Below the pieces are notes generated by a model. It was not told the DNA's origin. It made no database searches and saw only the letters and a program-made list of their open reading frames with translations. Source: Octopus vulgaris (taxonomy: Eukaryota). Taken from it: 64,000 bases of DNA. Shown in pieces: positions 23,705 through 35,400 of the stretch. How positions within the stretch are numbered: position 1 is the stretch's first letter; each line of letters opens with the position of its first letter. Where the stretch lies: NCBI GenBank assembly GCA_951406725.2, contig OX597820.1, positions 26,102,001-26,166,000 on the forward strand. The letters run 5' to 3'. The translations under genes and the position numbers were made by a program.

Positions 23705-24350
23705 TCATCATCACCATTTAATATCCGCTTTCCATGCTGGCGTGGGTTGGACGGTTTGACTAAGGACTGGTGAGCCAGATGGCTGCACCAGGCTCCAATC
23801 TGATCTGGCAGAGTTTCTACAACTGGATGCCCTTCCTAATGCCAACCACTACACTCAGGTGGTACTGGCAACAGCCACGCTCAAATAGTGTTTTTTATGT
23901 GCCACCTCCACAGGAGCCAGTTCAGTGGCACTGGCAACGACCTCGCTTGAATGTTGTTTTGCACGTGCCACCAGCACAAGTGCCAGTAAGGTGACACTGG
24001 TAACAATCATGCTCAAATGGTGCTTTTTACGTGCCACTGGCACGTGAGCCAGTCAGCAGCCCTGACAACAATCATGCTCAGATGGTGCTCTTAGCGCTCC
24101 ACTAGCACGGATGCCAGTCATGCGGTGCTGTCATTGGATTTGATTTCTATTTCACTTGCCACAACAAGTCTTTACAAGCAGAGTTTTAGTGTCCAATGAA
24201 GGAAAAGTACACATAAGTGGACTGGTTACACCACTGGCATAGTCCATGGGTTGTGGTCTCACTTGGCTTGCCGGGTCTTCTCAAGCACAGCATATTTCCA
24301 AAAGTCTCGGTCACTAGTCATTGCCTCAGTGAGGCCTAATGTTCAAAGGT
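23705..24350 (-). mobile_element. 5'-truncated RTE-clade LINE: ORF C-terminus, 3' UTR with tandem hairpin units and (ATG)n tail
   Basis: Minus strand about 24345-24258 reads TLGLTEAMTSDRDFWKYAVLEKTRQAK*, resembling the RTE C-terminal A.DR..WR motif. It is followed by tandem units and the shared terminus. Confidence 0.8.
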
Positions 24351-24847
24351 GGGAACAGCCTGATTTCAGTGAATGTTGAAGTGGCACTGAAACTCATGCT
24401 GAACTGCTGTGACAGACTCGTTATTCTTCATGTAACTGTCGTAAGTAAACATGCAATGCTCTATTGTCCATGGTGCCATGACTTCACCTGAAAAAAATAT
24501 ATGCTAAGACACCATGGACCAAATGGTACCTGTTGGACATATGTCCCTCCCCTGGGGCTGAGTAATAGCCATTTCAAAAACGTCTGCCCTCTTTACCCCA
24601 CTCTGTAGGAGCACAGGCAATTTACATATGTATATGTATATATAATCATAATTTAATGTCCATGTTCTTTACTCTGATATCAATTAGACAAGTCCTCATG
24701 GTTCAAAGGGTCACTGGCCTACTAGACAAGTCAGCCTTTTTTATTCCCAACACATATGTAAGATTTTCCATCACCTCCCAGGCTCAGAGACACTGGTCCA
24801 AGGCAACATGACTAAGAGGGCAAATAGCAAAGAGTGCACATGTGTAG

Positions 24848-25002
24848 ATTTTCTGTTAGTCTGTCACTAATATTGACTATCATGTAGTTTATTTATTTAT
24901 TTTTTGAAGATGTAAGCAATATAAATAAACATCTGTTTTTCGATGATTGTTTTAATTAGAAACATCAAAAGTCTGAATTAAAGAATCTTCATTAATCAAC
25001 CA
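24848..25002 (+). repeat. 155-bp segment, probable inserted copy of 22787-22941
   Basis: Sits between TGTGTAG and (CA)n inside unrelated sequence. Confidence 0.95.
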
Positions 25003-25254
25003 CACACACATATTAGCTTAAGGAGGAGGAAGAAGGCAGTTCCCATGGCCTTCATAGTCCTGAGGTGAGGGACATCAGTATGGTTGAACACCAGTAAGTC
25101 ATTGTTTTCTGCAAGCCAAATATGATTGGGAGGAATTTCAGATAGGGAAGAGTAGAAGAAAAGGCCATTATAGTTGGCTAAAATTTTATTTTGAGTTAAT
25201 ATTTTCCTAAGGTGTGATTCCCTACCTGTTCAGGACAGCAGTATGTATGTGTAT

Positions 25255-25650
25255 CATCATCCATTTTTTTTTAATGTTCGGCTTGCATAGGTCAGACTGA
25301 ATTCATTGAGAGTGCTTTTCAGATGCTTTTCTTTTCCCCAACTCTCACTTGTTTTCAAACAAGGTAATATTCCCCCTAGTCTTTTTGAAAACAAATGCCG
25401 AGTTGGTTGAACATGTTTCCATAGAAGATTACAAACAGGGCTAGTTAAATGACAGTTGCATTTGTTAAAAATTAGCATGATATCAAGTGTGTGTGTGTGC
25501 GCGCGCGCAACAAGTTTCTTTCGGTTTCCATTTACTAAAGCTACTCACAAAGTTTTGGTTGACCTGGGACTAAGTGGTAAGTTGCTGTGCTGTAAAACTG
25601 AACCTGAAACCACAGGGTTGCACAGCAAACCTCTTAACCTCTCAGCCATG
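25255..25650 (-). mobile_element. A-head/RTE-tail SINE, degenerate
   Basis: Same layout as 17705-18060 and 43175-43597. Confidence 0.6.
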
Positions 25651-25989
25651 CAAATATATATTAGGAGGGAGAGTGTATGTGCTAGAGAGAGAGAGAGAGA
25701 GAGGTGGGTGGATGTACTTAGAATAGCAAGAATGTGGGGAAGAATACTAATGCTATCCCTAGGTATTAGTGGAGTGTAGTTTAAAATGGATTTAGTTGTT
25801 ATTCTTTTTTGCAATTGAGCAATTGAGCAATTGCACTGAGGCTTTCTCACTGGCTCAAGACATTTGTGTTTTCTTGGAACAGTGAAGTAACGAAGTTAAA
25901 AATTTCAGTGTACTGAATTGCTTGTTGTAGATATGGCTTAATAGAGCTAGCCAGAACAATATTAAATTTCTTTATGAATTGTACTGTCA

Positions 25990-26490
25990 GGGTAGCAAGC
26001 AAGCAAGAAAAATCATTAGAGTGCCTGAAGAAATGCTCAGCAGCATTTCTTCTGGTTCTTTATTTACGTCCTGAGTTCAAATGCTACCACGTTTAACTTT
26101 GCCTTTCATCATCAACATGTTAATGGAGTTTCTTCTAGTTCTATTTTTTGTTCAAATACCACTCAGGTTGACTTTGCTTCTCTTTCCAGAGTCAATAAAA
26201 TAAGTATCAGTTGAGCACTGGGGTCGATGTAATTGGCTAGCCCCTTCCTGAAACATTTCCGGCCTTGTGTCTGTAGTAGAAAGAACTATTATTAGGGCAG
26301 TGAGCTGGCAGAATCATCATGTTAGTGGAATTTCTTGTAGATCTATTCTGAGTTAAAATACCACTGAGGTTGACTTTACTTCTTCTTCCAGAGTCGATAA
26401 AATAAGTACCAGGTGAGCAGTGGGGCTGATGTAATTGACTAACTCCTCCCCACAAAATTTGAAGCATTGTGCCTTTAGTAGAAAGAGCTA
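25990..26490 (+). mobile_element. Tandem SINE family B copies with (ATT)n tail
   Basis: Repeated GAGGTTGACTTT...AAAATAAGTA(C/T)CAG...TAGTAGAAAG blocks. Confidence 0.75.
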
Positions 26491-26851
26491 TTATTATTAT
26501 TATTATTATTTCTCTGTTAACTTATTTTCTGATAGATTTAGATAAATTCCATTCCTGTAGTATCTTTAGTTCGTAATCGTAGAAAGGTAAGATTAGCTGT
26601 TGTGTGAGTGATCTTTAAAGTTAGTTGCAATCAAAAGTTGAACTGTATGTTGCAGCACTGGCAGAAATGATAAAAAATTCATATATCTCTTAAGAAATAC
26701 ATAAAACATCTACAACTGAAGATGAATAACATATCACTATGCACACATGCATGCAGACTATACAGACATGTATGTATGTGTGTGTGTATATATATATGTG
26801 TGTGTGTGTATGTATGTATCTGTATCTGTGTGTGTGTGTGTGTGTGTGTAT

Positions 26852-26904
<53 letters not shown>

Positions 26905-27189
26905 TACACACGTGTGGGTAGTATGTATCATCATCACCATCATTTAATGTCCATTTTCCATGCTGGCATGGGTTGTCCTGACCACATGCATATGTGTATG
27001 TATACCATACTAACCATAGGCATTATGTGTTTTCTGTTGCAAGGCGAATGTACTGGTGTTTAATATAAAAGAAATCAGTTTAACACTGCTATAAATTCTG
27101 CTGTTCTTTTATTTCTTTAATTGTTTCAATCACTTGGGTCTGGTCATGCTTTGGCACCACCATAAAGGGTTTTAGTCAATCAAACTGCT

Positions 27190-28094
27190 TCTAGAACAGA
27201 GTGGCTCTGTTGACTAATCTAGGCTTTTTTTTTTTTTGTATGTTTCTGCATCATTTGGTCCAGTTGGCTGCAGTATACTTTGGCCATGATTGATGATCCA
27301 GGTTTAATGAAATTATAATGGATCACACCTGTGCCAGACCACCAAACACACACCATCAGCTTCTTTTGGTGAATTTTGCTTTTTGGACTGTATTTTGGTG
27401 GCACGTCTTTATCTAGCCATTGTTCTGAACATTTATGGTTGTTGTATTGGATCCATTTCTCATCATGTTACAATTCAATTAAAAAATGATTCATTTTTGT
27501 GACGAGAAAGTAGCGTAATGCAGGCTTCCAAACTTTGCTGTTTCTGATTTTTATTGAGTTCATTTGGAACCCACTTATCCAACTTTTTCACTTTACCGAT
27601 TTGAACTAGATGAGTCAATATTGTTTGCTTACTAACACCAAACAACGATAATTCATGAGCACTTTGAGATGTATCTGACTCGACGGTTACTTTCAGTTTG
27701 TCGTTATCCACCTTTGTTTCTGGTTGACTGCATTGCTCATTTGTGAGGTCAAAGTTACCAGAATGTAATTTTGCAGACTCTTTTGATACTGTCTGCTGTG
27801 TAATAACATTAGAAAGAAATATTCCATTAATATTCCGAGCTGTCTGTGATGCTGTATTTCTAAGAAAGAACTATTTCAAAACTGTACGAATTTCCGACTT
27901 ATCCATCTCTAAACAAAAATAGCAAAAAACGATTTATACTTTATAACGTGCAAAATGAGTTAGAATAAAGAAATAGATGTATCAGCTTTCTAACAAAAAA
28001 TAAAGATTATCAAAATATAATAATGGTGCAAAATGAGCAGCTGTCAAAGTTTACCATAATACCTTACTACAGATTTCATACTTGATGACCTAAT
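27190..28094 (-). mobile_element. mariner transposon, 3'-truncated, transposase pseudogene (Hsmar1/SETMAR-like group)
   Basis: TA + TTAGGTCATCAAG left end at about 28094. ATG at 27906 (MDKSEIRTVLK*). Motifs KLDKWVPNEL, IVT.DEKWIQYNN and KKLMVCVWW. No YSPDLAP half; stops and frameshifts present. Confidence 0.9.
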
Positions 28095-28124
28095 ATAAAG
28101 ACTGAATAGATGAAACAGTAATTA

Positions 28125-28567
28125 CTGTATAATGGTGTATAAGATGCACCCCCACCAAGTACTGTGTGCTAAGTTAGGCCTATGTTACATGCTTTACCCA
28201 ATATCAGGGTAGGCCTATGTCTTGTCAGTCCAGAAGTTCCTTTCTGTTTTTTTTTTTTTAGGCAGGTCTGCCATCTGTTGCCAGCTTACCAGGCCTGTTG
28301 TGGCTTCATCATATTGTTCATTTTTACTAGCTGAGTGGACAAGAACAATGTGAAATGAAGTGTTTTGCTCAAGAACACAATGCATTGCCCAACCCAGGAA
28401 TTGAAACTACAATCTTGTGATCATGAATTTAACACCCTAACCACTAAGCCATGCACCTCCACATTACATGTTTCAGTGCATTAGAAGCTTCCTTTTTCTT
28501 AATATGCACTGCTGACATTTGGGTGCATCTAATTATCCTCATGTGTCTTTTACACTATCAAATACAG
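28125..28567. mobile_element. Tc2/Kanga-like non-autonomous DNA element carrying a family C SINE (about 28230-28462, minus)
   Basis: TA|CTGTATAATGGTGTATAAGATGCACC ... GTGTCTTTTACACTATCAAATACAG|TA resembles the MER104/Kanga-type CCGTAT...TAAGATGCAC termini. Confidence 0.6.
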
Positions 28568-29103
28568 TATGCAGTACCTCCATGCAGTCAGTACCTGAAT
28601 ACTGCTTGGAGGTACAACAGTACTTGAACTAGGGTTTTGAAAATTGTCTTTGACAGGTCACAACACTGGATACAAAGTGATGATACCATAATCGGTACCT
28701 TGTTGGTTTGGTCAGCCTGTGACTGTTACCAACAATTATATTTATCGTGTGGATACCATTTCTAAGTCTTAATTATATAATTTATTCAAGCGCATCTCAG
28801 CTGCAAAAAGTAATGCAGATGTTTACAATTACTAAATGGAAAAATAGATATTAATTTGAAATTATGTTTGATAAACAGATAGATATTTTATATGGAAATT
28901 ACTTATAAAACATTAATTTTTGTTGGATCATGCCCAATACTATTTTATTTCAAGTTTGTGTGCATACATACAATTTTATCATTTTGTATATTTCATCCCC
29001 ACCACATTCCACCAAGCACTGCAGTTTAATTTCCAATTCCTTCTATCCCATTCCACTGCTAAGCACTGCAGTTTTTTTTTCCAATTTATTATGTAAGTAT
29101 ATA

Positions 29104-29511
29104 CTCTCTCTTTACTCTCTCTTTTACTTGTTTCAGTCATTTGACTGCGGCCATGCTGGGGCACCGCCTTTAGTCGAGCAACTCGACCCCGGGACTTATT
29201 CTTTTTTTGTAAGTCCAGTACTTATTCTATCGGTCTCTTTTTGCCGAACCGCTAAGTGACAGGGACGTAAACACACCAGCATCGGTTGTCAAGCAATGCT
29301 AGGGAGACAAACACAGACACACAAACAAACACACATACATATATATATATATACGACAGGCTTCTTTCAGTTTCCGTCTACCAAATCCACTCACAAGGCA
29401 TTGGTCGGCCCGGGGCAGAAGACACTTGCCCAAGATGCCACGCAGTGGGACTGAACCCGGAACCATGTGGTTGGTTAGCAAGCTACTTACCACACAGCCA
29501 CTCCTGCGCCT
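29104..29511 (-). mobile_element. SINE family A, youngest copy in the window
   Basis: Intact A/B boxes (GGCGCAGGAGTGGCTGTGTGG...GGGTTCAGTCCC), CpGs intact, GAGTAAAGAG tail and an approximate TSD ATGTA(T)AGTAT. Confidence 0.92.
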
Positions 29512-30724
29512 AATGTATAGTATTGGTATATTGGTAGTAAAATTATCATCATTAACAATAATTTTTCATAGGTAGTTTTGTAAATTTAGTGAATCTACTT
29601 TTTTGTGTCACATCCACTTCTGCCAAATGGTTTAGGTGCAGAATGCTAAATGAACCATTGTCTGCCTTAGTTCTAATTATCATTATGAATATTTCATAAT
29701 ATAAACTATTTTCCATGGAGAAGCAATGTTGTTTTTGAATAGTTTCGTTAGAGAACTAGACTCTTAACAAGTGAAAAATATTTAATAATTGTTTACGTTG
29801 CTGAATTATTGGCAATTTTCTGAGTAAAAAGAGAAAGTAAATATATATATGAATTGTTGCAAGATGCTGCAAAGTTGATTGTTAAAGCTAATATATTGGA
29901 CCAATCCATTTTCCAACGAGGCTGTTGCCATTTCTCGTACACATTTTGAATATTTCTTTCTTCCCATTTTCTCTTGCTATCTCTGAACTTTTATGTGTTG
30001 CTGCAAGCATCATTGACAAATTGGCACTAGTTTTATTCTGAAATTACTTTGTCATTATAGATTTTGTCATGTATACTAATACTGTTGTTTTTTATTATGT
30101 TGTTTAGCCCCAAGTCTGTCTGCCTTGATCAAGCGCTCCTATGATTAAGGGCATTTCAACTGTAATCATTGTGTTTGTTTGTTTGTGTGTGCGTGCACAA
30201 GCACACGCATGCACGCACAGTATACTCAAAACCAATGTGTTGGTTTTTAAGATGGTAGGGTGTGATTTGAAGGAGATTTGATTGGTATTTCTAGCAGTTA
30301 GAACAACCATATAGACACTCCAACAAAGGAGTACCTTTTTGGATTAACTAACATTGTAGTTTATATATTAACACTTGTTGTAGAAAGTAGTTTTATATAC
30401 CAGGCTGTATTCTGTTAAGGAGTGTCATGTTTGAAACTATTTTTTGTTGAGATGTGTCAAATTTATTGAGGCAACATAATTTGCAGAAAATGCAAGTTCT
30501 AATTTTTGGGTAGATATTTTACATCATTACTGAAAAAGCCATGAAATTTAATTCACTGTGAAAATGTCATATATGTGTATATATATAAATGTGTATGTGT
30601 ATTGTTTATTTTTATGTTCAGTTATCATAATAACAATTTTACATTAATCTGATAGGTTACTTTATACTTTTGTAGAGTACAAATTTATTATTTCTAAACA
30701 ATAATATTATTGACAATGACTTTG

Positions 30725-31430
30725 AGCTTTGGCCAGCTAAGCCATCGTGGGACTGAGATGGATTGAAGTTAATCTTGGCTTTATATAGTCTTTGTTCAGT
30801 TAAAATCTTCCTTGGGTAAATGGGTTTGAGCGGAGTGGTAATTAAGTTGTAGGATGGGTTGTGGTAGAGAAGTGATTTGGAGAAGTTTTATTTCCAATAC
30901 AACTAAAAATAGCTAAAACTACTGGCACATGCTAGACCTTCCTACATCCATTTTGTGAACCACTAAAAAACAATCCCATGATCTGAAGAGGACACACCTA
31001 AACATACACACCTGCTTACAAAGTTCTACATGTATGAATCGAATTTAATCAATAAAAACTTCTCTAAAACACCCATCTACCACAACACACCCTACAACCT
31101 AAATGCCACTCCACTGTAACCCACACACCCAAAGAAAATTTTAACTCAACAGAGACTATATAAAGCTAAGGTTAACTTCAAAGCTTAGCTGGCTGAAACT
31201 TTACAGACAGTGTTAATAACATTCTTGTTTATATATGCATATAAAAGGCCAAGTAGAAATCTTGTTGAGCACGTTTGATTCTGTGCATCATCAGCTCACC
31301 TAGTCATTTATAATGTTTCAAACCCAGGAATGCTCACATGTTATGCCCAGATGGGGAAAAAACAATAGATAACCAGAAAACATTACTCAGAAAATGGTCA
31401 ACTTTTGATCCACATTATAGATCTTTAAAA
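30725..31430. mobile_element. Penelope-like GIY-YIG-region fossil with an inverted duplicate (arms 30725-30893 and 31051-31200)
   Basis: The arms are reverse complements and read LTEQRLYKAKINF and LTQQRLYKAKVNF (compare PLE CL..NIIYKA.V). The + copy continues toward degenerate LC..EK and LLNKRS-like motifs. Confidence 0.6.
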
Positions 31431-31804
31431 TTTAACCACCCTGCTTTCTTTCATTTGTTTATTATATGGTGTTTTTCCATGCTTGTATAGGTTGGATGTA
31501 TATGTTATTTGAAGCATTGTATTTTCATCTGGATTATTCTTGCTGATCACTTATTCCACATGGTTTTGAAGGTGTGAAGTGCCCAAATTAGTTGCCTGGA
31601 AGAGCTGATAACACTGCTCTCTGCACTTTCTTTCAAGCAATTGCAGCTGCAACAAACACAGGTACACACATGCAAGTTCTTATGTGCTTGCGTATGTACA
31701 CACTCATACATACACATAATCAGGAACACCTGATTACTGCAAGAAGTGTGTGCCACAAAAATATAGTAATATTCCAGTATATAACTATATGTAAAATGTT
31801 CTGT

Positions 31805-32105
31805 CCTACTGCATGGTACCTTGAGCTAATGTCTTGTACTATAGCCTCAAGCCAACCAAAGGTTTGTGGGTGGATTTGGTAAATGGTAACTGAAAGAAGC
31901 GAAGGAAAATTGTGTCATTGTCATGCAAATGGTGTCCTTTATATCTTGTCTTCCATGAACAACATGTTTGTCCAAGAGGAAGTATTACATTACTTGGAAA
32001 CAGGCAAGGATTGGTGTCAAGAAGGGCATCCAGCCTTAGAAAATCTGCCTCAACAAATTCTGTGTGATCCATGCATGCATGGGAAAGTGAACATTGTAAA
32101 GATAT
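31805..32105 (+). mobile_element. A-head/RTE-tail SINE
   Basis: CTATAGCCTCAAGCCAACCAAAG head region joined to a GAAGGGCATCCAGCC...AAATCTGCCTCAAC tail. Confidence 0.65.
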
Positions 32106-33542
32106 AAAACAATAGCTTCTGAAAGTCCTTGTAAATACAGAAGGAAATACATGAATTGGATGCAATTTTATATTTTATGAGTTTATTGACTTATATCAGC
32201 GTAATAATTGTTTTGCTTTATAATATTGGAAAAGGGATGTTTGTTTCGATTTTTCCTCTTTGTGCATTTCCCTGTGGCAGCAGAGTGCATTGTTAACTTG
32301 TGTTCTTTCTACATCATTCTATATTCAGATTGGCTCCCATTTCATGTTTTCCCTTTCTCCTTCCTGTTTCACACCATCACCTCACTCACTCTGCTTGTCT
32401 TCTTTTACTCTCTTCTCTCTCTCTTGTTCATCTTCTGCAGTCAGCCTCTTTCCATGTCACCCTGTTAGTTATGGACGAATAAAAACATTGTAGATCGGTT
32501 AGAGACCTCTTTTGTCTTGCAGGGTACAAGGCAGCCTCACTGGTGTTGCTACCTTGACAAAATGCACCCAGTGCACCCTCTAAAGTGGTAGATAAACGAG
32601 CAGAGACATTTAAAGGCTAACAGACTCTTTTGTTTTGTCTTGTCAAGGACATGACTCCCTCTCTAGTGTTGATGCCAATACATTCTGTAAAGCGATCAAT
32701 ATTAGGAAGGATGTCCAGCTGCAGAAACCATGTTAAAATGTTTGAGAGAACATTAATTTCAAGTACGAACCCACTAAAACCATGATAGCATGGAAAGTGG
32801 ACACACCAAAAAAATTGTCCGTGTGTGTGTGTGTGTACACACACAATTATATTTGATACTTAACATAATAATTGCTTTGAGAGACATAACCATTGCCACA
32901 ATAGAAACATATATGTTTAGTGTATCCAGTTACTTTTATACTTTTGCACCACTGTCATGTGCCTGTCCAACAATTTGGACAGTATTAAGTGGACTTATCA
33001 CAGTAGTTGGTCACACACACTCATTCACATTGCTAAAATATAATTACCCTAATGGACCATATACATATTATATGCAGTACAAGCTTTACGGAAAACCTAA
33101 ACAAGAAAATAACTAAAATTCAGAGGGTAAAAATTACAAGTACCATACCAATGTACTAATAATTGTAAGTGGCTTTTACAATTTTATTACCACTGATATT
33201 TATAACCTTGTCAGTCATGTTCAACTAGCAAATTTATGATAGACACTTCTCTTTAGTCCATAGGATGGCTTGTATTTAGTATCCATCTTGATTGAATGTA
33301 CATCAGTGAGATATGATACATATATTTTGTTTGTTGGGTGGCATGTTGGTAACTGAATAACCTAGTTATAAGGCTTTGAGATGTTTTTCAACCTGTAGAA
33401 TCTTGAAATATATTTTATAGAGAACATAAATATAGTAATGTTATTTTAAAATCTGCTTTGAAAGTTTGGATAATGAAATAAACAAAAACAAAAGAAACTA
33501 ACATTTAGTTAAATAAACTATTCTGAAATTTAGACGAGGAAT

Positions 33543-33574
<32 letters not shown>

Positions 33575-33807
33575 AGAACAGAAGAATGTTGTCTGGATTT
33601 GGATCTATTTGACTGGTAGAATAGTTGATATGGTTTGCATTAGAAATAGGATAGAGCCTTAGAAACATTCATTAGGAATATTTTATTTAATTCGTATAAA
33701 GAGAAATTAATTAACAAATAGTTAATTTCTTACATAATGCTTAGAAATTGTCACATGTTCTTTAAGCCTACTGAAATGTATTAATTGCTATCTTAAGATT
33801 AATAGAA

Positions 33808-34144
33808 GGCACATGGCTCAGTGGTTAGAGCGTCGAGCTTACGATTGTGAGGTTGTGAGCTCGAATCCCGGACCGGGCTGCGTGTTGTGTTCTTGAGCAA
33901 GACACTTTATTTCACGTTGCTCCAGTTCACTCAGCTGTAGAAATGAGTTGCGACGTCACAGGTGCCAAGCTGTATCGGCCCTTGCCTTTCCCTTGGACAA
34001 CATCGGTGACGTGGAGAGGGGAGGCCGGTATGCATGGGCAACTGCTGGTCTTCCATAAAAACAACCTTGCCCAGACTTGTGCATCAGAGGGTAACTCTCT
34101 ATGTGCAAACCCATGGTCAGTGTCTGACCGAAGGGGGTCACAAC
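33808..34144 (+). mobile_element. CORE-like tRNA-derived SINE family C, young full-length copy
   Basis: A-box TGGCTCAGTGG, B-box-like GAGCTCGAATCCC, CORE-like GTGTTCTTGAGCAAGACACTTTATTTCAC...CTGTAGAAATG, and an approximate TSD TAAGATTAATA/TAAGATTATTA. Confidence 0.85.
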
Positions 34145-35345
34145 ATAAGATTATTAAACACAAAATATACTTTTGTGTAGGATAGTGTGAGTTTTCTGTT
34201 TTTTTTTAATTTTTAATGATGATCCCTAGAATATGTTCTTTGCCATGACAAAGAAAAAAGTGAACAAAGGTGGGGAGGGGGCAGTTGACCATGGTAAATT
34301 TTTATTTCAGATTTGTTGAGCTATTGCAGTTGATGCTGTATTGTTTCATCTGAGTTCAGCTGCCTGCATTACTTTTAATTCTACAAAATATAAACCAAAT
34401 ATAACCTGCACATTACATATGTGCATGTGTATGTGCATGTGTGTATATGTGAATACATACATGTGTGTGCGCATGCATGTGTGTGATCATCTCACACACA
34501 CATGCAAAACATGGAAAATTTTATATTACTCAGATAAGGTATATAAAATCTACCAACGCTTCTTTTATGTACATCTGATTAAACTACTGATTTTATATTT
34601 TGTGCAGACAGAAAAAAAAAGAAGAAAAAATTTCTTTATATCTACAGTTACAAAAAAAAAAAATGTATGTCTAGCATATATGTGTATATAAATATTTTTT
34701 GTTTATAAATATTACCAATTGTATTCTTCTGGTTCCTTAAAGTATTGATGACCTATAGCTTCAAGATTAAAAGAAAAAAATAGAGAAAAGGAAAGACAAA
34801 GGAAACAGATCTGTTTTGTATTTTTGTGTGGAGTAGGAGGATGAAAAACAGGTATAGCAGAAATACTAAATAGCTGTTGCGCAATACAGTTGAATTGTCA
34901 CTGTGACCTGATACTGAGCAAGCTGTAGGATTTCCTGCTATACAACTGAAATAGATATTTTTTTTTCATTTTTTTTTCCTTCTTTTTTTGTTTTGTTTTG
35001 TCTTGTAGTGGATAGACAGATAATATCAAATGAAATACAGTGCTGTTGGAATAATAGGCTGCTGTGTTTCTTCATTTTAGATTTTGTGGAAAATAATAAC
35101 GTAGGTTTTTGTTGTGGTTGTTGTTGTTGTTGCTTTTTATTGTCTCCTGCATTGGAAAACAATATTTTCTTTATGGAGTTGATTTAAAAGAAAAATTGTC
35201 TTATTGTCAAAGACTTTATTGCTTTATTATGAGTATATTGTTTAAAAGCAGAAGAGTAGATAACTATGAATAAGTACATGCACACATTTGAAACACTCAT
35301 AATAGCACTGAACTTTTCTCTTTAATTTTTATTATTTACCATATA

Positions 35346-35400
<55 letters not shown>

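Noticed and set aside
23850-24130. CRISPR-like repeats with hairpins
   Set aside because: The whole units are homologous (no unique spacers), they lie in a LINE 3' UTR, the context is eukaryotic and there are no cas genes.
22787-25002. LTR retrotransposon interpretation of the 155-bp direct repeats
   Set aside because: No TG...CA ends, PBS, PPT, TSD or gag/pol remnants.
32330-32500. 110-nt AG-free pyrimidine tract ending in CTGCAG
   Set aside because: Downstream frames close quickly and the tract abuts an RTE-tail repeat. A mirror purine tract borders the same family at about 56860-56930, so it is probably repeat-derived.
33808-33880. tRNA-like sequence
   Set aside because: It has A/B boxes but no proper acceptor or anticodon stems, and it continues into a SINE body with a TSD.
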